From: an uncultured Ignavibacteriales bacterium
Lineage (GTDB): Bacteria; Zixibacteria; MSB-5A5; GN15; JAAZOE01
Direction: 5' to 3'
NCBI GenBank assembly: GCA_964611355.1
Contig: CAZSYD010000001.1
Location: 66,745 to 130,744 of the forward strand
DNA length: 64,000 nt
The number at the start of each line of letters is the position of its first letter. Positions within the stretch are counted from its first letter, which is position 1. Positions 11,701 to 20,636 of the stretch are shown here, in pieces. The notes below the pieces were generated by a model. The model saw only the letters and a program-made list of their open reading frames with translations. It had not been told where the DNA came from and did not search any database. Made by a program: the position numbers and the translations under genes.

Positions 11701-12385
11701 TGAACAGGTCCCAGTTTTTCAGTTCTTCGGAAATCGTTTGATACCTGCGGGCTTTGCCGACCTGCCGCCTGAGGGAATTGACCCGCGTGTTGACTTCCGC
11801 AAGAATATCCTGCAATCGCAGAAGATCCTGCTCGGTGGCTTCCATCTTGCGCTCGGCTGCAAGTTTGCGATGCTTGTACCTGGTAATCCCGGCAGCCTCT
11901 TCAAAAAGGAAACGTCTTTCATCGGGGCGGTCGGAGAGGATGGCGTCAACCATCTCCTGCTGGATGATGGCGTAGGCGTGCGAACCAAGGCCGGTGTCAG
12001 CAAAGAGATCGGTGATGTCTCTTAACCGACAGGGGACCTTGTTCATCAGATATTCCGAATCTCCGGATCGAAACAGCCTCCGCGTGACGGAAAGCTCACC
12101 ATATTGCGAGGGCAGGGTTCCGTCGCGGTTTTCCAGATGCAGGGAAACCTCGGCCATACCCAGCGGTTTGAGAGTCCGCGTTCCGGCAAAAATAACCTCC
12201 TCCATTTTGCTGCCGCGAAGAAGAGAGGTCTTTTGTTCCCCCAGCACCCATCGCAGAGCATCAAGCAGGTTGGTCTTGCCGCAGCCGTTGGGCCCGACGA
12301 TACAGGTTATGCCCTCGGTGAACATGAAGGTTGTTTTCTCGGGAAATGATTTAAACCCTACCAGTTCGAGATTTTTCAGGTACAC
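8774..12385 (-). CDS. smc: Chromosome segregation protein SMC
   Basis: GFKSF, GPNGCGKTN, coiled coils, hinge (GRATF), LSGGE, FLDEIDAPLD. Confidence 0.97.
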   Translation of the reverse strand: MYLKNLELVGFKSFPEKTTFMFTEGITCIVGPNGCGKTNLLDALRWVLGEQKTSLLRGSKMEEVIFAGTRTLKPLGMAEVSLHLENRDGTLPSQYGELSVTRRLFRSGDSEYLMNKVPCRLRDITDLFADTGLGSHAYAIIQQEMVDAILSDRPDERRFLFEEAAGITRYKHRKLAAERKMEATEQDLLRLQDILAEVNTRVNSLRRQVGKARRYQTISEELKNWDLFNARTRYAGWRDRGNELAEIIKSFGDKKLSRETQLDGRFTELEEMRRMLIGLDHDISESSKKVYELSETGHKLETDISVNREKKENLEKSSARNRGEIDALNKRAEIIREDKTKCQDDLEQLVDELDKISVELEQSLAGQKTSDDAYLQFRSIADDESSKLIDLEGKISSGRTDSANIDEQVRDLQNEIEQHNQHRGGLIEEKSLRRRKIDSLQKQVDAAKTELSADEESITSKEKELNEILIRADRLRDNLAELSSSYEATLARKSLLAEMVRHYEGYGNGVAAVFEMAGRWVDITGAVADFIHPHEGYRASIEAALGEAAQYILCRNQSTAQEAINVLRQEKAGRATFLILDKLTNPASRPELPDIPDVVGWADSLVDCDDRYQRVPSTLLGETVVCKNNEVAYRLLEQLPSGYRAATIDGELYSNDGLLTGGVSEEMSPIGRREEIKSLEQKLDDLNRQIGHINNKQAEATLKIGEFRQTLSQLKQKLEDDKDEIAELTSRLKEEQFKINAADEVITSIDRQVDQHSQKVEKLKSRRNTLTLDFGRLGREKADIDGLVQSRKRQLEELEQAAHGAAEEVNHLQVARIEMESKRSQLLSQLAHFDEMLSDIAANIEQRKQQTTEAETVGGELTRQTQDDEIRLKELFDQRQEESAAQKELHQRHDRLNGTINDLEQQVKNLRKEKEQIAEETHRAEISLTEIKSKIQQIEEQIRNEYDMEIADLEIESPKPELSDEQAQARVEELRNKLHRMGIVNLLALEEYEEQKQRQEFLSKQLDDLIEARRTLKVTIQKINQTAKTMFLDTLDKARENFKQMYEELFADGEADVILEDPSDPLESPMDIISRPRGKKPLTIAQLSGGERALTAISLLFALYMVKPSPFCFLDEIDAPLDDVNVRRFLRIVKKFSQQTQFIIITHNKITMEAADTLYGVTMEEPGVSKVVSVRFRKGDEIDDAESLIDGHYAHDDKMTQTG

Positions 12386-12400
12386 GGTTGTCTCCTTGGA

Positions 12401-12961
12401 TCACGATGTCACGGCGCCTTGAGGCTGCGATATGTTGGTCAGTACTTCAAGAATGGAGCGGTATATAAGACGGCTATCCCGCAGGTACTTGGTTTTTACT
12501 TCGAGATTAAGGTAAGGAAGTCCCATCCTGCCGTTGCTTCCGAAACGGACGGCCCTTGGGAAGTTTAAAAGAATCATGGCGGCAAAGCTGTTTTCCTCAA
12601 GGTTGGTATCGAAAATGTAGTCGAAATCCCATTTCTTCAGTTTCTCAAGAAACGATTGGGATGGAAGCAGGCACCAATTGACCGATGATCTCGAAGGGGA
12701 GATTATGCGTATTCCCTTGGACGGGAAAATTGATCGAACGTCTATACTCGGGTGGGCCAGCAGATAGACGTTATTTTCGCCAAAAAGCTCGGTGATTTTC
12801 GGCAAAAACTGTTTCACTACAGTCAGATCAGCCTGAACAGCCGGGAGCAATACCAGAAGCGATTTTCCTTTCAGAGACAAGGGAAGCGACAGCGGATTGA
12901 GATTTAGCTTCGATGACGCCCGGGAAAGACAGAATCTGGCCGCAAGAGATTTAATCCCCAT
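12401..12961 (-). CDS. Hypothetical protein resembling the N-terminal Rossmann domain of GT9 (DUF6913-like)
   Basis: ATG 12961 after GAGGGGG. KSLLVLLP...FDYIFDTN...AVRFG pattern. Confidence 0.5.
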   Translation of the reverse strand: MGIKSLAARFCLSRASSKLNLNPLSLPLSLKGKSLLVLLPAVQADLTVVKQFLPKITELFGENNVYLLAHPSIDVRSIFPSKGIRIISPSRSSVNWCLLPSQSFLEKLKKWDFDYIFDTNLEENSFAAMILLNFPRAVRFGSNGRMGLPYLNLEVKTKYLRDSRLIYRSILEVLTNISQPQGAVTS

Positions 12962-13910
12962 CTTTTTCCCCCTCGCCGCCTGTCTGTTTGGAGCTTTCGG
13001 GTTGCCCGGCAATGGCCGGGTCGGGCGTCATGGGGTTTGATTTTGTATCAGGGTTTACTGCCGCGGCAGGTATCAGGCCGGTATTGGCCTGCTGATCGTC
13101 GATATTTCCTTCAGAGAGGAATTTTTTGTAATTGACCTGATTTATTTCCAGCCCCGATATGGTCTGCGCCTGGGTGGTTAACGGTGGCAGCCTGACTCCG
13201 TTCAGTGTCAGATCAACCGCGGTTGAGATGCCGATAGTCAGGACAAACCGGTATTTGGCTTCCCATCGGCGTATATCGCCGACCGCCAACTGACGATTCA
13301 GTACCGTATCGCCATCTTTGATAACGACCATCCAGACATCTTGCTTAGCCCTGACCATCAGTTCGAGATTCTCCGGCGGTTGGTACGGCGTATAATGGAT
13401 ATCCGGCTCATCGTCGGCTATATTCTTTTCTCCGTGGTTCTGGTCGCCTTTCCCATTAACCGCCTCGGTGTTTACCATTTCCGGTTCGTCAGTGGCCGAT
13501 ATGAACCAGCGGTTAAAAGCTAATAGAGCCGCAAATAAAACTATAGCGATCAGGATCAGGTAAATCAGGTTTTGACCGAAATTTTTGGCTTGTCGCCTTG
13601 AATCGGCTTCTGATATACCTGCATCCATCCGGTCTGATGAGTCTGCCAGCGCTTTTGGACCGCCTCCTCCTCGGTCATTTTCCTCGATTTCGTCCAGTAT
13701 GGCCGGATCAAGGCCGAGGTATTGCGCGTAACTGTGAGCAAAAAGACTGAAATACGGTTCCGACGGGAGCTTGTCTGGCTCGCCTGCTTCCACAGCTTCA
13801 AGATACGCCTCCTTCAGTTTGGTAACCACGGAGGCTTCCTTTAGCGATTTCTGTTGTTCGCGGCGTGTCGCAGCCAGAATCTCGCCGATTTTTTTGTACT
13901 TATCAGGCAT
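12951..13910 (-). CDS. RodZ-like protein (HTH, TM, DUF4115)
   Basis: IGEILAATRRE...YLEAVEAG...YAQYLGLD, single TM, VWMVVIKDG C-terminal domain. Confidence 0.85.
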   Translation of the reverse strand: MPDKYKKIGEILAATRREQQKSLKEASVVTKLKEAYLEAVEAGEPDKLPSEPYFSLFAHSYAQYLGLDPAILDEIEENDRGGGGPKALADSSDRMDAGISEADSRRQAKNFGQNLIYLILIAIVLFAALLAFNRWFISATDEPEMVNTEAVNGKGDQNHGEKNIADDEPDIHYTPYQPPENLELMVRAKQDVWMVVIKDGDTVLNRQLAVGDIRRWEAKYRFVLTIGISTAVDLTLNGVRLPPLTTQAQTISGLEINQVNYKKFLSEGNIDDQQANTGLIPAAAVNPDTKSNPMTPDPAIAGQPESSKQTGGEGEKDGD

Positions 13911-14508
13911 ATTTTTCTATAAACTGCCCGGCCAGACGCTCCAGCGCATTCATTGGCAGACCGACAATATTATCAACACGGCCCTCTATATTGTCAACTA
14001 AAATCCGGCCCATGCCCTGTATCCCATAGGCTCCCGCCTTATCAAGCGGCTCGCCGGTGGCGATGTAACGTTCCAGAGTTTCATCATCAAGGTGATGAAA
14101 TCCAACCCTGCTTTCTTCATAACCGAAGTGGCAGAGACGGCTTTTGCTGTCATAGAGCGCCAGACCGGTAAATACCGAATGAATATTGCCGGCAAGCCTT
14201 CTTAGAATATATTTGGCGTTTATTGCATCGTTCGGTTTGGGCAGAATTTCGCCGTCCAAAACAACAATGGTGTCGCAGCCCAAATAGGCTCTGGCGCCGT
14301 CCATGGCGACCGATTCGACTTTTTGCCTGGCCAGCTCCATCGTTTGCCGGAGAGGGATAAGATCGGGATCGAATTTTTCTTCAATTTCAGGAACGACTAT
14401 TTCAAACGGAATGCCGGCTTCGGCAAGAATAGACCGACGGCGGGGAGAGCCGGAGACCAGTACCAGGCCAGCCGAATCGGCCAGCAGGCGAAGATTAGGG
14501 AGTTTCAT
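13903..14508 (-). CDS. maf: Maf family nucleoside triphosphate pyrophosphatase
   Basis: SGSPRRR, GCDTIV, DKAGAYGIQG. Start taken at MKLPN. Confidence 0.92.
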   Translation of the reverse strand: MKLPNLRLLADSAGLVLVSGSPRRRSILAEAGIPFEIVVPEIEEKFDPDLIPLRQTMELARQKVESVAMDGARAYLGCDTIVVLDGEILPKPNDAINAKYILRRLAGNIHSVFTGLALYDSKSRLCHFGYEESRVGFHHLDDETLERYIATGEPLDKAGAYGIQGMGRILVDNIEGRVDNIVGLPMNALERLAGQFIEKYA

Positions 14509-14959
14509 CTTCGAGAATGAAGGTAACCGGACCGTCATTTACAATTTCCACTTCCATTTTGGCCCCGAAGACGCCGGTGGTAACATTGAGACCGGAACCT
14601 TCTAGAAGCCTGATAAATCTGTCGTACATTTTCTTGGCCTCATCTGGCGGCATTGCCTGAGAAAAACCTGGCCGCCGCCCTTTGCGAGTATCGCCGTAGA
14701 GCGTAAACTGCGAAACTACCATAAGTTCGCCGCTCAGGTCTGTAACCGACCTGTTCATTTTACCGGTATCATCCTCAAAAATGCGCAGTTCGACGATTTT
14801 TTGAGCCAGCCGGGAGACCGAATCCATTTTGTCGCCATCCCTGAATCCAACCAGGAGGACAAGGCCCCGGCCGATTTCTCCGGTAAGACGACCTTCCGGG
14901 TGCTGCGGGTCATAAATAGTAACAGACCCTCGTTTAACTCTTTGTAAGACTACCCTCAT
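14495..14959 (-). CDS. dtd: D-aminoacyl-tRNA deacylase
   Basis: MRVVLQRV, SQFTL, GRRPGF, NDGPVT. Confidence 0.96.
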   Translation of the reverse strand: MRVVLQRVKRGSVTIYDPQHPEGRLTGEIGRGLVLLVGFRDGDKMDSVSRLAQKIVELRIFEDDTGKMNRSVTDLSGELMVVSQFTLYGDTRKGRRPGFSQAMPPDEAKKMYDRFIRLLEGSGLNVTTGVFGAKMEVEIVNDGPVTFILEDETP

Positions 14960-14986
14960 AACAAGGCTGAAAGTAGTCATGACTTG

Positions 14987-15014
14987 ATTATATGTCAACC
15001 GGACAATTGGTCAA
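14987..15014 (-). promoter_or_regulatory. Putative sigma70 promoter of the dtd-smc-ftsY cluster
   Basis: Minus strand TTGACC-N16-TATAAT, overlapped by the direct repeat GTCAACCGG x2 (14994-15002, 15010-15018). Confidence 0.5.
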
Positions 15015-15225
15015 CCGGCGAGTTTTACATTCGACAAAACCAATTAAATCCGTTTATAGACGAAAAAAACTGTTGGAGAAAGCCTTTTGGGGAGTTATTA
15101 ATTATAATTGTTGTTCTCGCGGCGTTTAACTTAAAAGCGCTAATACTGCCTGGTGCCGGGAACAGATGAAGAGAAGAGTTGTTAAATCTTACAGTGTTTC
15201 CATAAGATGCTCTTGAGGAGGAAGT

Positions 15226-15552
15226 ATGGGCAAACTGGTTTATGTCACCGATGAAACTTTCGAAGCTGAGGTAAAGAAATCGGATGTTCCGGTACTGGTG
15301 GATTTCTGGGCGGCGTGGTGCGCTCCGTGCCTGATGATTGCTCCTTCGGTTGAGGAGATTGCCGGTGAATATAACGGAAAATTGAAGGTGGCCAAGATGG
15401 ACGTGGACGCCAACCCCAGAACTCCTGCGTCTTACTCTATTATGTCGATTCCGTCCCTTATGATATTCAAAAACGGCGATGTGATTGATCAGATCATTGG
15501 GGCTGTGCCCAAGACTCATTTGGTTTCCCGGGTTGAAAGGGCCCTGGCATAG
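15226..15552 (+). CDS. trxA: Thioredoxin
   Basis: VDFWAAWCAPC, MSIP; GAGGAGG RBS. Confidence 0.96.
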   Translation: MGKLVYVTDETFEAEVKKSDVPVLVDFWAAWCAPCLMIAPSVEEIAGEYNGKLKVAKMDVDANPRTPASYSIMSIPSLMIFKNGDVIDQIIGAVPKTHLVSRVERALA

Positions 15553-15677
15553 AGTTGCAGATAGCCGATTCAGCGGTAGCGAACCGGCAAAATCCCGAGT
15601 TGGCTGAAAAGAAATCTCAAGGCAAATCGGCACTGGCGTAAAAACGATATTTAATTCTGCCGATAATATATACGTCG

Positions 15678-16520
15678 ATGAGAGAATATCAGAGACAATC
15701 CGGATACGGCAACTATGCTTTTGGCCGCCGTCCGTCCATTCCCAGAGGGATAAAAATTCTTTTAATCGCCAACGGGGTGATTTTTCTTCTGCAGATTTTA
15801 GTTGGTCGGCAACTTATACTCCTGCTTGGTCTGACGCCTATACAGGTACTTGAGAACCTGTCGCTTTATCAACTTGTCACCTATATGTTCGTGCATGGTG
15901 GCTTTTTTCATATTCTGATCAACATGTTTATCCTCTGGATGTTCGGTTCCGAGATTGAGCTGACCTGGGGAACGAAACGTTTTTTTAGATACTACTTTCT
16001 GACCGGAATCGCCGGCGGGATTTTTACGGTCGCCTTCCAGCCGTCATCGGCAATTCCCACCATTGGCGCCTCGGCAGCCATATATGGTCTTCTGGTCGCT
16101 TATGCGGTGATGTTTCCCAATCGGATGATTTATCTCTATTTTCTCATCCCTCTGAAGGTTAAATACGCGGTTCTGATTTTTGTTGCCCTTGAGTTTTTCG
16201 CATCGTTTAGCGGTAACACGGATGGTATCGGTCATCTGGCCCATTTGGGCGGCGCCGTGGTCGGCTTTCTCTATATCAAGCTGGACTGGCGGGCGAGAGG
16301 TTTTTCCCGGTCGATTATGCCGAAACGGATAATTGAACGCTTGCGTTATAGACGGAAATCAGGTAAGATTAACAAAAATCGTCAAAAAACCGAAGAAATA
16401 ATGAGACGAGTTGACCGTATTCTCGACAAGATAAATGACGTCGGGATAGAGAATATCACGGAGGAGGAGCGACGCTTCCTTGGGAATGCCAGCGATATAC
16501 TATCCAGGAAAGAAAAATAG
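15678..16520 (+). CDS. Rhomboid intramembrane serine protease with DUF6576-like tail
   Basis: HILINM, GASAA, AHLGG; C-terminal VDRILDKI...EERRFL. Confidence 0.92.
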   Translation: MREYQRQSGYGNYAFGRRPSIPRGIKILLIANGVIFLLQILVGRQLILLLGLTPIQVLENLSLYQLVTYMFVHGGFFHILINMFILWMFGSEIELTWGTKRFFRYYFLTGIAGGIFTVAFQPSSAIPTIGASAAIYGLLVAYAVMFPNRMIYLYFLIPLKVKYAVLIFVALEFFASFSGNTDGIGHLAHLGGAVVGFLYIKLDWRARGFSRSIMPKRIIERLRYRRKSGKINKNRQKTEEIMRRVDRILDKINDVGIENITEEERRFLGNASDILSRKEK

Positions 16521-16526
16521 GCTTGT

Positions 16527-17891
16527 ATGTCAAAAAAGGTACTGATAGTCGAACCGTCGCTTGCCGTCAGGAATATCGCCGAATCTCTCCTGAGGCAGAA
16601 TGGGTATGAGGTTCTTTCCGCCGACGGTGTTGACGCTGCCAGAGCAATCCTGCAGGAGAGCAGGATTGATCTCATCCTGACCGCTTCCGACGTCGCCGCT
16701 GGGGACGGTCGGCCGTTTTACGAGGTTTTGGGCAGTGACAGTTCGACAGCGACTCTGCCGCTTTTAATTCTTCACGATCAGGCGGCAGGTGAATTGCCCT
16801 ATCCTCCGGAGGCAATTGTTAACAAGCCTTTTACGCCGCGTGAGTTTTTGGACGCCGTGGCCGCGTTCACCGGTGGACAGGTACAGCCGGCCGCCGTACA
16901 GGAAACGCCTTTTTCCGGATCGGACGTAGAGGATGATTTGATTGACCAGGCTCTCGGCTTGGATAAACTCGAGGTCGATCAGACAGATGTGATTGGCAAC
17001 GATACCGGCGTATTTCGAGTTCTTAACAAAAAAGTGACCAAAGAATCGATGCTGGGATATGAATACAAGGCTCCCGCGGATGACACCATCACCGAGAAAA
17101 GCAAAAAAATCGATCAGATAAACGTTCCGACCGATAAACAACAGCAGGGGCCGCCGGTTACTCAGCCTCCGCAGGAAGGGCAGAAAGCGGTTCAGGAAAC
17201 GGAATTTCTGGGTCATGATTCACAGAAACATCGGGAACGGCCTGCCGATCAAATGTCGGCTTCCAGCAAGATAGAAATTGTGACGGATCAGTACGGTATA
17301 GCTTCGCCGCCCGATCCCGGCGGTCATGCTAACGAGGGTGATGCCGGCGGCAATCATGATTATGACTGGTTCGTGAAAGAGATGCAGAAGGAAGCGGCCT
17401 CCGGGGAAAGTGCACCGGCCGATTCCGGATCACTTGCGATTTCCCCAACCTCCGAGGGACGTGAACCGGTTTCCCCGCCGCCCGAATCGGATATCCCTTT
17501 GCATCCGGCCCTGTCGAAACCGGACCGGCAAGATGAAATTCGAACTCACGGTCAGGCGGTGGATAAATTCATTTCCGAGTTCAAGAAGGAAATGGATAAA
17601 ATTACCGAAGATGCTTCTCCGGATTTTCCCGATATACCGATTACGAACGTCGCGGCGGAAGGAGCCATGGAGCCAAAAGCCAAATCGCAGCTTGACTGGG
17701 AAGAAGCAGTGGAGAATATATCTTCTTCGGATATCCGCCGGATCTCAAAAGATTTGGTCGATGCTGTTGCGGCACGTGTGACCGAACAGATTCTTGCCCG
17801 GATTGATCGGGAGATGGTGTACCGCGTCATCAGAGACTGCTTCAGCGAAACTTTGGAAAAAACCCTCAGGAATAAATCGTCCAATTCGTAA
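16527..17891 (+). CDS. Atypical receiver-domain protein with long acidic/Pro-rich linker and helical C-terminus
   Basis: KKVLIVE...GYEV...DLIL...NKPF receiver fold; the phosphoacceptor position is Ala. Confidence 0.75.
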   Translation: MSKKVLIVEPSLAVRNIAESLLRQNGYEVLSADGVDAARAILQESRIDLILTASDVAAGDGRPFYEVLGSDSSTATLPLLILHDQAAGELPYPPEAIVNKPFTPREFLDAVAAFTGGQVQPAAVQETPFSGSDVEDDLIDQALGLDKLEVDQTDVIGNDTGVFRVLNKKVTKESMLGYEYKAPADDTITEKSKKIDQINVPTDKQQQGPPVTQPPQEGQKAVQETEFLGHDSQKHRERPADQMSASSKIEIVTDQYGIASPPDPGGHANEGDAGGNHDYDWFVKEMQKEAASGESAPADSGSLAISPTSEGREPVSPPPESDIPLHPALSKPDRQDEIRTHGQAVDKFISEFKKEMDKITEDASPDFPDIPITNVAAEGAMEPKAKSQLDWEEAVENISSSDIRRISKDLVDAVAARVTEQILARIDREMVYRVIRDCFSETLEKTLRNKSSNS

Positions 17892-17935
17892 CAATAGCCA
17901 ATAAACCGTTAGAGATTTAAGGCAATATAATAATT

Positions 17936-18676
17936 ATGTTCGATGTTTCAGTTTCCTATGCGGCGGCGCTTTTTGCCGGGTTTCTGTCATTTATTTCTCC
18001 CTGTGTGCTTCCTCTAATTCCAGGGTATCTTTCCTTTATCTCCGGGCTGTCGGTTGACCAGCTATCCGACCGCAGCAGAAGGAAAGAAAATATTCTCAGG
18101 GTTGGCGTCAGCTCTCTTCTTTTTGTCCTTGGTTTCTCAACCGTATTTATCTTGCTGGGAGCTTCGGCGACGTTTATCGGCGATTGGCTGCGTGATAATA
18201 TCGGAATTTTCAATAAGGTAGCCGGGGTGGCGGTGGTGCTTTTCGGCCTCCATGTCACGGGGTTATTGCGGATAAAAGCTCTCAACTATGAAAAGCGTTT
18301 TCACAGCGGAGCGCGGCGTTTCGGTATCGTCGGTTCATTCGTCATCGGTCTGGCCTTTGCTTTTGGGTGGACACCCTGTATCGGCCCCATACTTGGCGCC
18401 ATTCTGGCCCTGGCGGCCAACGAGGCATCGATTATGCGCGGCGTTATGCTTCTGTCTTTTTATTCGGCCGGCCTGGGCGTGCCGTTTATTATCTTTGCCC
18501 TGTTGTTTAACTACTTCGTCGGCTTCTCCGGGTTTTTCAGGAGACACTTTCACGCGGTTGAAGTCGTTTCCGGAATCCTTTTAATCCTGGTCGGCGTTCT
18601 GATTTTCTTCGATATGATGCAGATCATCTCGGTTTACCTGCTGGAGTGGTTTCCTTTCCTGCAAAATGTGGGTTAG
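17936..18676 (+). CDS. ccdA: Cytochrome c biogenesis protein CcdA (DsbD-beta family)
   Basis: SFISPCVLPLIPGY, FGWTPCIGPILG. Confidence 0.93.
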   Translation: MFDVSVSYAAALFAGFLSFISPCVLPLIPGYLSFISGLSVDQLSDRSRRKENILRVGVSSLLFVLGFSTVFILLGASATFIGDWLRDNIGIFNKVAGVAVVLFGLHVTGLLRIKALNYEKRFHSGARRFGIVGSFVIGLAFAFGWTPCIGPILGAILALAANEASIMRGVMLLSFYSAGLGVPFIIFALLFNYFVGFSGFFRRHFHAVEVVSGILLILVGVLIFFDMMQIISVYLLEWFPFLQNVG

Positions 18677-18689
18677 TTATTGGCTGCTA

Positions 18690-18718
18690 TTGACAGGCAT
18701 ATGCAGCTTATTTATATT
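18690..18718 (+). promoter_or_regulatory. Putative sigma70 promoter
   Basis: TTGACA-N17-TATATT. Confidence 0.55.
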
Positions 18719-18750
18719 GGCGGCAGTTGTATTACATCTGCCGAGGAAGT

Positions 18751-19503
18751 ATGACGGTAAACCGGAAAAACAAGATCGCCCTTATAATTTGTATTCAGGA
18801 AATCACTGAAGACGGGTCCTCGATGGATTTGGGTAATCGGCTGTCCGAGGAGGATATCGCTTTTCTGCATCAGGCTTTTATCGCCGACAGCATCAATAAT
18901 GCCCTGTCGCTTGCCAAAGTAGATATCAAGTTATACTACTCGCCCTATTCCAAGACACAGAAGTCAATAGAGACAATTCTTAGCTATCTTCGCGGCCGAC
19001 TTAAAGGGAAAAAGCGCGTCGCTCTCGACGGCGACCGCTTTGAAGTAAAAGAATTGACCCCGGGGCGTTGGGGCTTGAAAATGGACGAGTCATTCAGGAC
19101 GTGTTTTAATCAGGGTTATGGAAAAGTAGTCTTTATCGGCAGCCGCACACCTACCCTGACGCACGAAATGATCGCCAACGCTTTGGAAATCCTGGACAGA
19201 AAAGATGTCGTCTTTGGGCCTACCGTGGAAGGCCGCTATTACATGATCGGCTTTACAGGGGGCTATCATGTGCCGCTTGCGGAATTTGACTGGAAAGCGT
19301 CAAATATATATTCAACGGTGGCCTCACATATAGACGGAATGGGACTTTCCTGGGAGGAAACACAAATCTGGTATGCCGTGGAACATCCCGAGGACGTTGA
19401 ATACCTTGCCCGCGATATCAATCAATTTCGTCTTACCGGGGATGAAGATACGGCCCGGGAAACTGAAAAAGTCCTTGAACGAATACTAAGTCGCTTTCAA
19501 TAG
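18751..19503 (+). CDS. DUF2064/TIGR04282-like GT-A fold protein with degenerate motifs
   Basis: WGLKM..SF, VFIGSRTP, VFGPTVEGRYYMIG, WYAVEHPEDV. Confidence 0.7.
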   Translation: MTVNRKNKIALIICIQEITEDGSSMDLGNRLSEEDIAFLHQAFIADSINNALSLAKVDIKLYYSPYSKTQKSIETILSYLRGRLKGKKRVALDGDRFEVKELTPGRWGLKMDESFRTCFNQGYGKVVFIGSRTPTLTHEMIANALEILDRKDVVFGPTVEGRYYMIGFTGGYHVPLAEFDWKASNIYSTVASHIDGMGLSWEETQIWYAVEHPEDVEYLARDINQFRLTGDEDTARETEKVLERILSRFQ

Positions 19504-19560
19504 AAGTCTGCTTGAGGAAAGGCGGCATCAGGTGCGGCCGCTTGTTTTTTGCGAGGTGAT

Positions 19561-20292
19561 ATGGAACGAGAAATTCAAAGGCTTACGTGGACCAAGGTAA
19601 AGAATCTGGTCCCCGATAAAATCAATACCGTCCTTGTGCCGATAGGCACCGTGGAGGCTCATGGTGTGGCGGCGCTGGGTACGGATAACCTTATTCCGGA
19701 AAAGATTGCCAGTTTGCAGGCGGAACGGCTTAACGCCTTAATTGCGCCGACGCTTAATTACGGTGTCACCAGATCGCTGTATCGCTACCCCGGTTCGATG
19801 ACTATTCAGGCGAAAAATTTTACCCCGTTTGTGGCCGATATTCTTGATTCACTGGTAGATCATGATTTCAAATACGTTATTATTCTCAACGGTCATGGCG
19901 GCAACAACAGCGCCCTCAAGGAAGCCGCCTGGCAGGTGCATCATCAAAAAAAGACGTTTGTCGCCGTCGTGCACTGGTGGCAGCTTGTATCCGATCTGAC
20001 GAGACAGCATTTCGGTCAGGCGGGCGGCCATGCCGGTCTTGACGAGACCGCCTGCGTGCAGGCCATGGATCCCGCCCTGGTCGATAAGGATGAATATGAT
20101 AAGCGGATGGCTTATTTGATGCAAAGCGGCGCTGACGTATATCCTGCACCCGGTTCGATCCTGCTTTATACGGAAGGGGAGGGGTATCCAGATTTTGATT
20201 ATGAGAAGGCCAAGGAATACCTGCCCCGGGTCGCCGCGGCAGTGGGAGATTTTATCCTCTCAATTATTGACCGCTGGGAACAGCTTGATTGA
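19561..20292 (+). CDS. Creatininase family amidohydrolase
   Basis: PIGTVEAHG, GTD, NGHGGN, GHAGLDET. Confidence 0.92.
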   Translation: MEREIQRLTWTKVKNLVPDKINTVLVPIGTVEAHGVAALGTDNLIPEKIASLQAERLNALIAPTLNYGVTRSLYRYPGSMTIQAKNFTPFVADILDSLVDHDFKYVIILNGHGGNNSALKEAAWQVHHQKKTFVAVVHWWQLVSDLTRQHFGQAGGHAGLDETACVQAMDPALVDKDEYDKRMAYLMQSGADVYPAPGSILLYTEGEGYPDFDYEKAKEYLPRVAAAVGDFILSIIDRWEQLD

Positions 20293-20636
20293 CGGATATG
20301 TTTTTCGGCTGGCAGGCCGGCCGATAATTCATGAAATAAAGGTCAAAGGCATGGGGAGCTTTATATCTCAGGGCAATCGTTAAACTTACCACAAACTCAT
20401 TCTCCACCGTAAGTAACCACCAAAATATAATGGGAGCGTTCCGAGCTTGAATAGTCGTTTACGCCGCTTCCAACCCCATAACCCAGACCTACCGAAGAAT
20501 TGAATCATTATATTAGTAACATTAAAGTTGTATACATCTGAGAGTTTTAAGTCTTTGTCCATTGGGTGCCGATATATTATAATTTCTTTTTCAGAAAATT
20601 ATACATTCGGAATGCTATTTATTGGAGAACAATATC

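Noticed and set aside
18751..20292. Mycofactocin-like cluster (creatininase plus glycosyltransferase)
   Set aside because: No precursor peptide, radical SAM or RRE gene nearby, and the GT-like protein is not MftF-like.
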